A DNA stretch of 64,000 nt from a virus. Below, piece by piece: positions 8,156 to 18,900 of the stretch; within the stretch, counting starts at the first letter, position 1, and each line of letters starts with the position of its first letter. Below the pieces are notes generated by a model that ran no database searches, was not told the DNA's origin, and was given only the letters and a program-made list of their open reading frames with translations. The position numbers and the translations under genes were made by a program. The DNA lies in UHGV virus genome UHGV-0247568. One strand, 5' to 3'.

Positions 8156-8521
8156 TTATTTATCTTTCTTTTTATTGCTTTCGTTTAACTGTCCATCATC
8201 TAAAAGGTCTTCAATATTATCCCAATCTTTAATTTTACCACTTAAAATTGCTGCCACAATTTTAATTAAATCTTTACCACCAGCTGCAATCAAACCAGCT
8301 AAAAAACCGTCATAAATACCGATTGCAATGGAGTTACCTGTGGTCCATGTTGCGAAAATACCAATTACTACGCCGGTTGTTACGGCAATAATCGGTAATA
8401 ATCTATTGTCGATTTTCTCAACATTTTTAAACAAGTATGTCACTAAAAATACTCCAGCACCAATCATTAAAATATAATTATTGTGTAGAGCTGTTGTTGC
8501 ATTTGCGATCATTTCTAACAT
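8156..8521 (-). CDS. holin-like membrane protein (121 aa, TM helices plus charged C-terminal tail)
   Basis: Two or three hydrophobic helices followed by the acidic/basic tail DWDNIEDLLDDGQLNESNKKKDK. Lies immediately upstream of the endolysin. Confidence 0.55.
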   Translation of the reverse strand: MLEMIANATTALHNNYILMIGAGVFLVTYLFKNVEKIDNRLLPIIAVTTGVVIGIFATWTTGNSIAIGIYDGFLAGLIAAGGKDLIKIVAAILSGKIKDWDNIEDLLDDGQLNESNKKKDK

Positions 8522-8535
8522 ACAAAATTCCTCCT

Positions 8536-8880
8536 TTATAATTTACTTTCTACTAATTTAGTCAATCTTTCAATTTCTTCATCTTTCTCATCTAACAACT
8601 CATACATCTCTTTTTCTTTTTTTTCTAACTTCTCCAATAAATCTTGAGATTGGTCTAATTGAAGTCGTAACTTTTCGGCTAATTCTTCTAGGCGAGAGAT
8701 TTCTTTATCCTTATCCGCATTTTGGGCTTTCAGTTCGCTAATAATAGCTCTAATTTCAGTTGTGTAAATTCCAACTGTATCAGATTTGCTTTTTCTAGCG
8801 ACACCGAGATAAGTCATATAACCGCCAAATACAGCGGTTATAAGACCAATAAACACCTCATTTGTCCATAGTTCTTTCAT
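8536..8880 (-). CDS. membrane-anchored coiled-coil protein (114 aa); lysis-associated, function unknown
   Basis: Single N-terminal TM helix, then an E/K-rich heptad coiled coil. Confidence 0.35.
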   Translation of the reverse strand: MKELWTNEVFIGLITAVFGGYMTYLGVARKSKSDTVGIYTTEIRAIISELKAQNADKDKEISRLEELAEKLRLQLDQSQDLLEKLEKKEKEMYELLDEKDEEIERLTKLVESKL

Positions 8881-9256
8881 AAAGCCATCTATCTCCTTTG
8901 TACCTTATAGCGAAAATAAGGATAAAAAATAGCGTATATAATAATATCCATGTAATATTTTGATAACCATTCATGGCTCTTATCGCATACACTGTTCCAA
9001 GGGAGAAATACAACGAACCCAAGGCGATGACTGAAAATTGCTGAAGTGAAATACGCTTGGCCAAGAAAGCGTATCCCATAATTAAAGCAAAAATAACAAT
9101 CACAGCTCCAGTAACATTGTCATCAATCCATTGAAAACTTTTCGGCCATTTATCTAATCCATATCTAGCTAAATAATCATCATTGATGATTTGAAATACA
9201 CCGATTATAAAGGTTGAAATAGTCAGAGTAAAAGCCATTGACCTTTTCATGATCAT
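8858..9256 (-). CDS. polytopic membrane protein (132 aa, about 4 TM)
   Basis: Four hydrophobic segments. Start overlaps the downstream gene. Confidence 0.4.
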   Translation of the reverse strand: MIMKRSMAFTLTISTFIIGVFQIINDDYLARYGLDKWPKSFQWIDDNVTGAVIVIFALIMGYAFLAKRISLQQFSVIALGSLYFSLGTVYAIRAMNGYQNITWILLYTLFFILIFAIRYKGDRWLYERTMDK

Positions 9257-9302
9257 ACATATCGGCTCCTTTTATATCTATATATTCCCGATAAATTCGG
9301 GT

Positions 9303-10874
9303 TTATGATTGTTGGTCCATCGAACCATTTGCATTTCTAGGCGTAATAATGACCGTCCCACCTTCTAAAGAGCCTGCTGCTGGGAATGGGTCTCTAGTAA
9401 TAAATGAGCCTTGTACATAATGGTTTCCATTTTTATTACTTGCAAAACGGATATCATTTTCAGACAACTCAATAATTCCAGCATACTGAATTAATGATGT
9501 TTGGTGGAATGAATATTGATAAATATTTAATGGTGCATTATAGATTGTTCCGCCCATATCTATAAAAGGGCGATACCCAACGGGGAACCTATAAATCTGT
9601 GGCATGCTATTCTCAAATTTAGTATTATCTTTTACATTAACCCGCCAGTTGGCAATAACTAAATTTCCTTTTCGCCACAACTCAACTTTACTTTCTGTAT
9701 TATTAACAGCGTCTTTAGCTTTTTGTTCCCACCATGAATTATCTAACGATGATCGACGGTACCTATAAATAACATTGTCTGTCTCATCTAATAATAATTT
9801 ATCATTATGGTAAATATTATTAGTAAAATTTATTGGTGTTGTGACAGTTTGTTTTATTGCGCTAGTAGTAGGGATAGCGCCCACTTGAGCTGCAGTAACA
9901 CCATGAGGATTGTTTTTATCATTTTTATGCGTTTGTAATTCATTTTTAACTGGTAAAATTTCAGCGGTAACTTCATCTCTTGTTGGATAATTTGTTAAAT
10001 CTGGAGATTGAATTTTCCAAGCTGTCCATTGATTACCATAAAATGAACGAGTATAAATTTGCCCAGAGCTATGGGTGAAGCGTTGAATTATTAATGAAGT
10101 TTGATTAAATACTTCTAAAGTACCGGATGAATAATCTGCCATAGGACGATTTGCACCTGTAGCTTTATTCACTTGATAAAAACCAGACTCTTTAATGGTA
10201 TTCCAGTCTTCACTTGAGATTTGACCTTTAATCAACATTACTTCATCTTTCATTGCGGCACCATTATTTTCTAGTGCTTCCATTCTTTTTTCAAAATCAC
10301 TAATCGTGCTTTGGATTGTGTCTAATCTTCCATTTAAAGTATCAACTCTAAGCGCTTCGGCATCAATCTTTTTCGCTAATTCATCAATGTGTTGTTTACT
10401 TAATTCATCATAATCATTTAATGCTTTTTTGTAAGCATCATTTAATTTATCGATCAATTTATTGTATTCTGTTATAATTGTTTCTGCTTCTTTTGCAGTT
10501 ATATCTGCAACTTCTAGGACAGAAATTTGGAAATTTGAAGTCGTACTTCTTTGTCTTGATTCAGTTTCTGTGATTGAAAAATAAGCTCTTTCATAATCTC
10601 CAGGAACTCCAAAAGCCATATTTGGAAAAATATAATCAAATTTACCATTTTTATCATCACGATTTACAACACCTTCTGTGTCCATCACGACTGTTGCATT
10701 TCCGTTTGTCATTCCTTCAAATGTGATTATATATCCAGTTAAATCAATTGGCTCATCATTTAAGGTGAGATAGACGGTAACTTTTTGAACACTACCGTCG
10801 CCAACTCTCCCGTAAATAATAGGCGTTAATCTTGGCTGTTTAGATAAATCAAAATTCATTTCTCTATTTGCCAT
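9303..10874 (-). CDS. baseplate / receptor-binding protein with BppU-like N-terminal domain (paralog 2, 523 aa)
   Basis: N-terminal 120 aa is paralogous to the upstream 644-aa protein (LTPIIYGRVGDGSVQKVTVY... vs LVPTIYGRVADGLVQTVDVY...). Coiled-coil middle, distinct C-terminal domain. Confidence 0.55.
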   Translation of the reverse strand: MANREMNFDLSKQPRLTPIIYGRVGDGSVQKVTVYLTLNDEPIDLTGYIITFEGMTNGNATVVMDTEGVVNRDDKNGKFDYIFPNMAFGVPGDYERAYFSITETESRQRSTTSNFQISVLEVADITAKEAETIITEYNKLIDKLNDAYKKALNDYDELSKQHIDELAKKIDAEALRVDTLNGRLDTIQSTISDFEKRMEALENNGAAMKDEVMLIKGQISSEDWNTIKESGFYQVNKATGANRPMADYSSGTLEVFNQTSLIIQRFTHSSGQIYTRSFYGNQWTAWKIQSPDLTNYPTRDEVTAEILPVKNELQTHKNDKNNPHGVTAAQVGAIPTTSAIKQTVTTPINFTNNIYHNDKLLLDETDNVIYRYRRSSLDNSWWEQKAKDAVNNTESKVELWRKGNLVIANWRVNVKDNTKFENSMPQIYRFPVGYRPFIDMGGTIYNAPLNIYQYSFHQTSLIQYAGIIELSENDIRFASNKNGNHYVQGSFITRDPFPAAGSLEGGTVIITPRNANGSMDQQS

Positions 10875-10892
10875 TTACCTATCACTCCTAAT

Positions 10893-12827
10893 CTAATTTA
10901 AACATTTAATGTGAAAATCATGTAAACCTGCTTGTAAAATCGTCTTATTAGCCTCCATGTCTACTGACATCGCCATATATTCTCCAGCATTCATAGTTAC
11001 AACAGCCATAAAAGTAGTGAAATTTTTCCATTGGATACCATAAGATGCCACTGAATTAACAGATGCTACATGTGACGCCGTGCCAGTATTCTCACCTTTA
11101 TCTGTGTTAATTCGTAAGTGCCAATAACTATATCTTGACGTGTTAGTTCCATTGCCATCACCTTGCACGCGAATTGTGCCTTCAATAAAAAATTTCACAT
11201 CTCTGTTTGCTTTAATAAATAAATCATCACTCAAATCAAATGGATTGTCGTCCATTGGCACTTGGTCAGCTTCTCCTATAGTCGTAGCTAATTTTCCCCA
11301 TCTAATTCTACTTTTATCTCTAATGTTTTGAATCATTTTACCAGTATAAAACCAGCCTTCCCAGCGAACTTTTTTATTTTTTAAAGTTTCAATTTCGTTG
11401 TCTCTTAATTTTAATTCACTATCCATCATTGCTTTAGAAACTAATTCTGCCCAATCTTTCCACACAGCTGGAGAACCAGCTCGTGTTCTGATAAAACGTT
11501 TTCCACCTGATGTGTACTCTTGTGTAACTGTCGCATTATCTGCTAAAACAACTAATGTTCCATACACTCCGCCAGGTGGCTTATTTGCTCCACTAGCGTT
11601 ATAAACAGTATAAACTCCAGTTAAAGTTAATGTATCCCAATCTTGGACGTTTACAACAGTGTCTTTAAATTCTAAAAGACCATATCTATGTTCGGTGATA
11701 ATTCGCTCAAATGGAGTTTTTGATCCACCATTAAGAATTACACGTGAATATCTATCTCTTTTAGAAACACTTGTTGTATATACAAATTGTTGACGATAAG
11801 TTCCAGCTCTTGACTCACTGTTTTCAACGATATAATTATAACTTCCAACAATTTCTGCTGGTAAATCACTATTATCCGTTAATGCATCCATTTGTGATTT
11901 AGTGATATAAAAAGTTTTTCCACTATAATCAGATAGGGCACTTAACGAAGTGACACCACTTGGCAATGGTTGAGCATTATAAGTTTGTTCAATCTTATTT
12001 TCTAAATCTGTTTTAGCGCTATTTAAATTTGTTTGCACACCATTAATTTTTGTATCTAAAACAGTATCTTTTTGATCAACTTCTGTTTTAGTGTAATAAT
12101 TATTTTTTAAATAATCAAATGTGGGCATTACATCATTAATCGAAATTTGTTGTCCTTCAATGGTGACTGTTGTTTTACCTTGCATAAAGAATACAACATC
12201 TTCCATTTTTAACAGTCCATCATTAATTAGCTCTTGCAATCTTTTTTCTAATTCTGTCACTCGAGCTTCTGCAACTTCATAATTTTGATTTAAAATATCG
12301 ATTTTATTTTGAAGTTCTTGTACTTGTTGAGTTAACCATTGTTTATATTCTTCAACATCATTGGTTAAATCTTCTTGTGCTTCAATGAAAATCTTATTCA
12401 ATTCATCAACTAATTTTTCATATTCTGTAATAACAGTATGCGCTTCTTCAACTGTAATATCAGCATTTTCAAAAACTTGTATATTAAAATTGTTTGAACT
12501 TTCATGTTTTTCATCTAATGCAAATGAGAAGTATGCTCTTTCATATTTTCCACTATTGGCAAATGCAGGAAGTGGGAAAGTATATTGGAAAAAACCTCCT
12601 TTTGCATTTACAATTTTAACATTTTCAGAATCAGCAATAAATGTTCTGTTACCACTTGTATTTCCTTCAAATTTGATTGTCCATCCTGTAATATCGAATG
12701 GCTCACCATTATTTGTGACGTAAACGTCGACAGTTTGAACTAAACCGTCGGCGACACGTCCGTAAATAGTTGGTACCAAATCAGGAGTCTTTGTAATGTC
12801 TAATCTTAATACTTTATTATTCGCCAT
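10893..12827 (-). CDS. baseplate / receptor-binding protein with BppU-like N-terminal domain (paralog 1, 644 aa)
   Basis: Shared N-terminal domain with 9303..10874, coiled-coil region, then an unrelated C-terminal head domain. Confidence 0.55.
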   Translation of the reverse strand: MANNKVLRLDITKTPDLVPTIYGRVADGLVQTVDVYVTNNGEPFDITGWTIKFEGNTSGNRTFIADSENVKIVNAKGGFFQYTFPLPAFANSGKYERAYFSFALDEKHESSNNFNIQVFENADITVEEAHTVITEYEKLVDELNKIFIEAQEDLTNDVEEYKQWLTQQVQELQNKIDILNQNYEVAEARVTELEKRLQELINDGLLKMEDVVFFMQGKTTVTIEGQQISINDVMPTFDYLKNNYYTKTEVDQKDTVLDTKINGVQTNLNSAKTDLENKIEQTYNAQPLPSGVTSLSALSDYSGKTFYITKSQMDALTDNSDLPAEIVGSYNYIVENSESRAGTYRQQFVYTTSVSKRDRYSRVILNGGSKTPFERIITEHRYGLLEFKDTVVNVQDWDTLTLTGVYTVYNASGANKPPGGVYGTLVVLADNATVTQEYTSGGKRFIRTRAGSPAVWKDWAELVSKAMMDSELKLRDNEIETLKNKKVRWEGWFYTGKMIQNIRDKSRIRWGKLATTIGEADQVPMDDNPFDLSDDLFIKANRDVKFFIEGTIRVQGDGNGTNTSRYSYWHLRINTDKGENTGTASHVASVNSVASYGIQWKNFTTFMAVVTMNAGEYMAMSVDMEANKTILQAGLHDFHIKCLN

Positions 12828-12880
12828 TATAAAAGACCTTCCTTCTTTATAATATTATTTAATTTCAAACAAAATTATCT

Positions 12881-15172
12881 TTAGTTTGTTTGTTCCTCGA
12901 TTTTAGCACGAGTTCTTTCCGCTAAAACGTCTTCCTCTAATCTGATATGTTGATAATCTAATCTCCGAGATACTAAATTCCATCTAACGAGAACATTAGG
13001 TTTTTCAGTTTTAATAATAAAATGATCAACGTCCTCGTGTATAACTGCACTTGTCGTCAATTCAGTTGGTGTTAAAAACACCATATATCTTGATGTGACA
13101 ATCGTTTCGGCAAATATTGGATCAATATCAACTCGTACTGTTCCATCTTCACCAGTGACCGCTTCGCCATAGTCAGCAAAATAACATTCAGGCGTTTCAT
13201 AAGCATTAAGCAAACGATCACCATAATTCTCTGTTCTTACAGTTGCGTTTTTTGTAATTCCTGAGACTTTAAAACCATCTTTATCTATTGTTACAAAACC
13301 ACCAGGAACCATCATCATAATTTGAGAATAAGTCGATGTTGCATCTCCTGTGATACTAACTCTGTTGTTAAGATTATCTTCTAGCTGTTGAGCTCGAAAA
13401 GAAAAACCTGATCCACCTTTTGGGTTTGATGGACGACCACTTAAATTTACGGTAAAAAGGTTTCGTGCATATGTCATATAGTTTTTTGATGATACAATTC
13501 TATCATCGGTAGTTACTGTAAAAGAATTATCATCTTTTAATTGGAAACCAATTAATGATTCTATTCTTTCAGGATAAGTAAATATTTCTGTGAATTGTCT
13601 AAATATATTTTTATTGTCTGATTTTCTATACCAGTTTATTTCTCCGTTCTCTAAAATTAAATCTAGTTTTTCACTTTCGGAAACTAATTTACCACCAGAG
13701 ATCGTCGAACCTTTAATTGTTACACCCATAATATCAATCGCTTTTAATGTACCAGTGTTAATTAAGTCGGCAACAATTTGTCCATCTTTTGTCATACCAA
13801 CTGTCCATGGTCCACCGCGTCCAGTAGATGAATATGCTAAACCTGCTTCGGACCAACGCCACATCTTTCTTGCTAAGTTTAAGTTTTCATTATCAGTGAT
13901 ATAAATTTCTTGTGGGTCAGATAAAGACGGATAAACTACAACTTTTCCTTTACCAGGATTATTTAAAACATCATTGAAATTGTCGATGTCTTCTTTCATT
14001 CCCATCCAGTCGCTAGTGGCTCCGTTAATATAGTCATCTAATTTTTTATCTACCTCATCGACTTTATCAGTGATAACATCACCTAAATTTGTACGTGCAT
14101 CTCCTAATTCGACAGATTCAAATCTCTCTAAGTCTGGACGATAAACAGTTTTAATAATTTGTGCTTCAGTACTAATTTTTAAATCTTTAAAATAAACGTG
14201 AATATAATCACATAAATCTACAGAATCAATATATTTTTTAGTTCCGCCCATTGTGTTGCTAGATAAGTCGACAAAAGAAGCTTTAATACTGACTTTTGGA
14301 ACACCAATCTTATTGCTAATTACATATTGTTTAGCCATTGTTAGTAATTCAGCTTTATTCTTAGGATTACGTTGTGAAAAATCAACTGCTTCAATACGTC
14401 TTTCACGATAATTGTTAACATATTCTCCGTCAACAAAATTACCATCAACCGTTATAATTTTTTCTACGTCTGATCCTTCTTCTTTTATTTTTGCCCATGG
14501 ATAAATCGTCGTAAATGTATTTTCAATGCTTTCTTCTTGATTAATATCAGTTAAATTTTTACCATATGCAACGACAACTTTAGTGTGTTCACCTGCTTCA
14601 TTAGGTAAACTAATAACATTGTTGTCAAATACATATTCACCACCAAATTTATCTAATATTGAACCAGCAGTTCCGCCGAAAGCATCCATAGTTGACGGGA
14701 AAACAAATGGATCAGTTAAATCCATTTCTAATTCAGTGTCTCTTAAAACACTTTTTACTGTAAAGTCCATTTTTGGCTCCGAATTTTCCAATAAGAAACG
14801 CATTAAATCATTTACAGTTCCTTTTTTAGCTCCTGCTTTTTTAAGAACCGAACGTAAAAGTTGGTATCTATAATGCTCAGCATAAACTGATACAATCCCG
14901 TCCATCGGTTTTGTAACTTTTTGAATTTCAAAGCGTTGTGCTAAAGTATTTTGTTTAACGCCAGCGTCAGCGACTACCCAGTTTCCTTTTTCAATTTTAT
15001 CAAAAAGTGGTGAAAACATTGGGTATCTAAATTCTAATGTATATTCACCGTTACGAGCCCGTGTAACTTTGGGCTCAATAACGTTCGTTAGTGGACCATA
15101 GCCTAAGCTATTCCACTTAGTTTCATTTTTATCATGTAATATAAGCGTGCTCATACAGCTAGTGTCCTCCAA
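12881..15172 (-). CDS. tail-associated lysin / tail fibre protein (Tal; prophage-tail-endopeptidase-like N-terminus, 763 aa)
   Basis: Size and position directly after Dit. The N-terminal region is typical of the siphophage Tal gp27-like structural domain. Confidence 0.65.
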   Translation of the reverse strand: MEDTSCMSTLILHDKNETKWNSLGYGPLTNVIEPKVTRARNGEYTLEFRYPMFSPLFDKIEKGNWVVADAGVKQNTLAQRFEIQKVTKPMDGIVSVYAEHYRYQLLRSVLKKAGAKKGTVNDLMRFLLENSEPKMDFTVKSVLRDTELEMDLTDPFVFPSTMDAFGGTAGSILDKFGGEYVFDNNVISLPNEAGEHTKVVVAYGKNLTDINQEESIENTFTTIYPWAKIKEEGSDVEKIITVDGNFVDGEYVNNYRERRIEAVDFSQRNPKNKAELLTMAKQYVISNKIGVPKVSIKASFVDLSSNTMGGTKKYIDSVDLCDYIHVYFKDLKISTEAQIIKTVYRPDLERFESVELGDARTNLGDVITDKVDEVDKKLDDYINGATSDWMGMKEDIDNFNDVLNNPGKGKVVVYPSLSDPQEIYITDNENLNLARKMWRWSEAGLAYSSTGRGGPWTVGMTKDGQIVADLINTGTLKAIDIMGVTIKGSTISGGKLVSESEKLDLILENGEINWYRKSDNKNIFRQFTEIFTYPERIESLIGFQLKDDNSFTVTTDDRIVSSKNYMTYARNLFTVNLSGRPSNPKGGSGFSFRAQQLEDNLNNRVSITGDATSTYSQIMMMVPGGFVTIDKDGFKVSGITKNATVRTENYGDRLLNAYETPECYFADYGEAVTGEDGTVRVDIDPIFAETIVTSRYMVFLTPTELTTSAVIHEDVDHFIIKTEKPNVLVRWNLVSRRLDYQHIRLEEDVLAERTRAKIEEQTN

Positions 15173-15945
15173 TTCGGTGTGATTTTTACATTTGTCATTC
15201 CATCATAATTAATTTCATTTCTTCCTGGGTCTAATGTAAATGGTGAATATGATTCATTTGTGATTAAAACATCAGATGAAACATTCTCCATTGTGTCCTT
15301 ATTATAAGCAATACCATCTTCACTATCTATAATAAAGGTCCCAGTTCCAGCGCTAGATACATCAAAAGTAAATTGTCTACCATTAATATAAAAATGCGCA
15401 TCAGTTGAGGCTCCAGATGGAATTGTGAACTCAACAATTGGTAATGAACTAAATTCTTCTGGGTTTGTAATAACTTGACCACTTCTAACTGGTCTTTCAT
15501 CCAAACCATTAATTCTGAAAATAAATGGTTGCATTTTGAATTTAATTGTAAAATCAACCCACAATCCATTAACATTTTCATCCAATGCTTGAGCTCCTCC
15601 ATAAGGAAAACCTTTATAAAAATATTCATCATATGCGCTAAATAGAACTGGCGAATATTCTTGTTCTGAATATAACCAAGCTACGACTTCACGCATAGAT
15701 TGAGCGATATGCTTTTCACTGTCTTTAAATAGACGGACAGGGAAGTTCTTGTCTATATCAGCATATTTTTGCCGATTCATAACAACATCCCTGTTTAAAC
15801 CGTCCACATCTGTGACATTAAATAAGGGCTCAGGAACAACTAATTCCATATTTTTCAATATACGCATTCCCATTTCATTGGATTTTCTACCTTTATATTG
15901 AAAATATGGAAAATTAGATAAATCATATTGATTTTTTCCTGCCAT
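15151..15945 (-). CDS. distal tail protein (Dit)
   Basis: 264-aa protein immediately downstream of the tape measure. Start overlaps the TMP stop by 1 nt. Confidence 0.6.
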   Translation of the reverse strand: MAGKNQYDLSNFPYFQYKGRKSNEMGMRILKNMELVVPEPLFNVTDVDGLNRDVVMNRQKYADIDKNFPVRLFKDSEKHIAQSMREVVAWLYSEQEYSPVLFSAYDEYFYKGFPYGGAQALDENVNGLWVDFTIKFKMQPFIFRINGLDERPVRSGQVITNPEEFSSLPIVEFTIPSGASTDAHFYINGRQFTFDVSSAGTGTFIIDSEDGIAYNKDTMENVSSDVLITNESYSPFTLDPGRNEINYDGMTNVKITPNWRTLAV

Positions 15946-18900
15946 TATCCTAAGTCACCTCTTTCTTGTCTGTTAATTTCTTCAGCTAATTTTTCACCAA
16001 AAGTTTGAACGTCCATATCGTTGTAGATATAAACATTATCGACAGCAACTGTTACAGCTCTTGTTCCAACTGCATTTTGTGTCGCAACTTGTGGTGTTGC
16101 TGTTGCTATACTTCTACCTTTGTTACTAATTGAGCCAAAAGTATTCATTGTGCTATTAACACCATTGCCAATCGCAGAAGACGCTTTTTGAATTGCGTTA
16201 ATGCTGCTAGCAATCATTCCACCAAATCCATTTGTAGCTTTCATAGTTGCTGCTTCATAAGGATTAGTATCATGTGTTATACTAATTGTTCCTTCGCTCT
16301 TGAATGGATTAAATTTATCGATAATGTGTCCAGCTCTATCCCAAGCAGACTGAATCTTATTAACAATACTATCAAATACTCGTGAAACAGTGTTCCATAA
16401 AGATTCGAAAGTACCTTTAATAGATTCGATTGTACCACTTAACGAACTAATAACACCTCTAATACCACCAATTGCTCCATCAATAATGCCTCTAATACCG
16501 TTCCAAACATTTGAAGTTACATTTCGAATACCATTCCAAATATTTTCAACAGTGTTTTTCACACCATTAAAAACGTTTGAAGCTGTATTTTTAATGCCGT
16601 TCCAAATTCCAGAAAGTGTGTTTTTAATACCGTTCCAAATATTAGAAGATACATTTTTAACGTTGTTCCAAATGTTAGAAATTGTTTGCGAAACACTGTT
16701 GAATATATTTGAAGCTGCATTTTTAATACTTTCCCAAATAGGTTGTAGTGTATTTTTAATTGCATTCCAAACATTTGAACTAACTTCTTTTATTTTATTC
16801 CACGCATCTGTAATAACTTTTTTAACATTGTTAAAAACATCGGAAGCTACTTTCTTAATTGAGTTCCAAATGTTACTCAAAGTTGCTTTTAATCCATTCC
16901 AAATCTCTTCAGTCCGTGATTTTGTTGACTCCCATAATCCGGAAAAGAACTCTTTAATTGGTTCCCAAATGGCTTTAGCAGTTTCTTTAATTGTGTTCCA
17001 AACAGTTGATAGAACAGCACCAATATCTGTCCACATTTGGTTCCATTTTTCAGAAATAGTATCCCACATATTTCCTAAGAATTCTTTAATTGGGGTCCAA
17101 ATTTCGTTAACTTTTTCTTTAAAGCTATCCCACACAGCACCAACAGTCTCTTTAATTGTATTCCAAACATTAGTCCATGTTTCTACAATACCATCCCAGA
17201 CTTTCATTACTGTTTCACCAATAGCGTCCCAGATTTTACTTGCTGCTGCTTTTAGACCTTCCCACAATAAGATAATTGCTGTGATAGCAATTTGAAGTGG
17301 TAAAGTAATAACTTGCCATAATGCGTTCCAAATTTTATGGATTGTTTCTTTAAAGCCTTCCCAGAATCCAGCTGCTTTTTCTTTAAAGCCATCCCAAATT
17401 CCGCTAACTTTTTCGATAATTCCTTCCCATAAATTTGCAAACCATTCTTTCAATCCATCCCAAGCTTTTTTAATTGGTTCAGTCATTTTTCCCCAGACTT
17501 CTGAGGCTTTTTCACGAATTTTTTCCCAAGATTTTTGTAAACCTTCTGAAATTTCATTCCATTTTTCGCTGAACCAGTCTCCTAATCCGTCCCAAGCTTT
17601 CTTAATAGCTTCTCCAGCCTGTTCGAATTTTTCTCCAGCCCAATCTTTGATTTTATCCCATGTTTGGCCTAGCCATTTAGTAAATTTATCCCATGTTTTT
17701 TGTACCCATTTAACAGTATCGTCCCAATTTAAAATTGCAACAATAACTGCGCCTACTGCGGCCACAATTCCGGCTATAATAGCTATTAATGGAGCTAATC
17801 CAATTCCTAAAGTTGTTGCTGCTACACTTAACGCTCCAAAGACGGCGACGGCTCCAGCTATTAAGGCGGCTAATGGTGCAATTACAGCAATTGCAATACC
17901 AATTGACGTGATAAATTTCTTCATTCCAGGACTTAATTTTTCAAATCTATCTCCAAGAGATTTTAAATTTTTAACGAGTGGTAACAAAGCTTCAGCTAAT
18001 GCTTCACCAATTGGTGCAAGACTAGTTTTCATATCGTTAAATGCACCTTTAAGCTCATCGACACTTGAGACTGAATCTTTTTTCATTTTTTCAGCTGCTC
18101 CACCGGTGTCTTCAAACATTGTTTTAACACCTTCACCACCGAGAGCAGTCATACTAAGTGCTTCTAAAACTCCGATACCGGCATCTTCACCCATTGTACC
18201 GAAAATTTGGCTAGCTTTTGCTAATTTGTTTGTTTGACCTTCAGTGGCCATAATTTCTCCACCCAAAACACGGAATAAATCTAATGTTGAAGTAGTTCCT
18301 TCTTTATATGATTTAAACGCTTTTTGTGAAGTTTCGTCCATGCTTTCCATTGCTTTTTCTAATGTTCCATCACTGGCACGAATATTGAACTCTTTAATTA
18401 AGTCATTCATTTTGTCTAGGTTATATCCACCGGCGTCTAAACCAGCTTTTAAAATTTGGAACATATCTTCAGCGGAAATTCCAGCATCGTGGAATAAAGT
18501 AGCATATTCTGCTAAGTTATCGCCTAATTCATGGGTTTTATCCATCCCGTTTTGAGCGCCGACTGTGATTAAGTCCATTGCTTCTTCGGCTGTCATTCCA
18601 TAACTTACCATTAATGCATTGGCGCCACGCATGGTTTCATCCATGTCCATACCAAATACTTTTTCTAATGATGCTGCTTGTCCAGTAATTTTTTCTAAAT
18701 CTTGGTTATTCAATCCTTGCAAATTTGATTTAACAATTCGAATTGCTTCAGTTGCTTCTTCCATTGAAGGAGAAAAACCATCTCTAGCTAAATTACGGGC
18801 AATTTCTTGTAATTTTTTAGCTTCTTCGCCAGTTAATCCAAATGCAGCTTGTAATTTTCTTTGACTACCTTCAACTTGGCCTTGCGCTTCTAAAGCTGCT

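Noticed and set aside
16188-18237. Plus-strand ORFs 16188..16385, 16390..17295 (301 aa), 17647..18237, 18244..18555, 18619..18864, 18919..19149 and minus-strand 16559..16774 and 17252..17440, all inside the tape measure gene
   Set aside because: They are antisense or off-frame shadows of the repetitive tape measure coding sequence. No RBS, low-complexity F/L/I/P translations, and they are fully contained within a well-supported 1272-aa gene.
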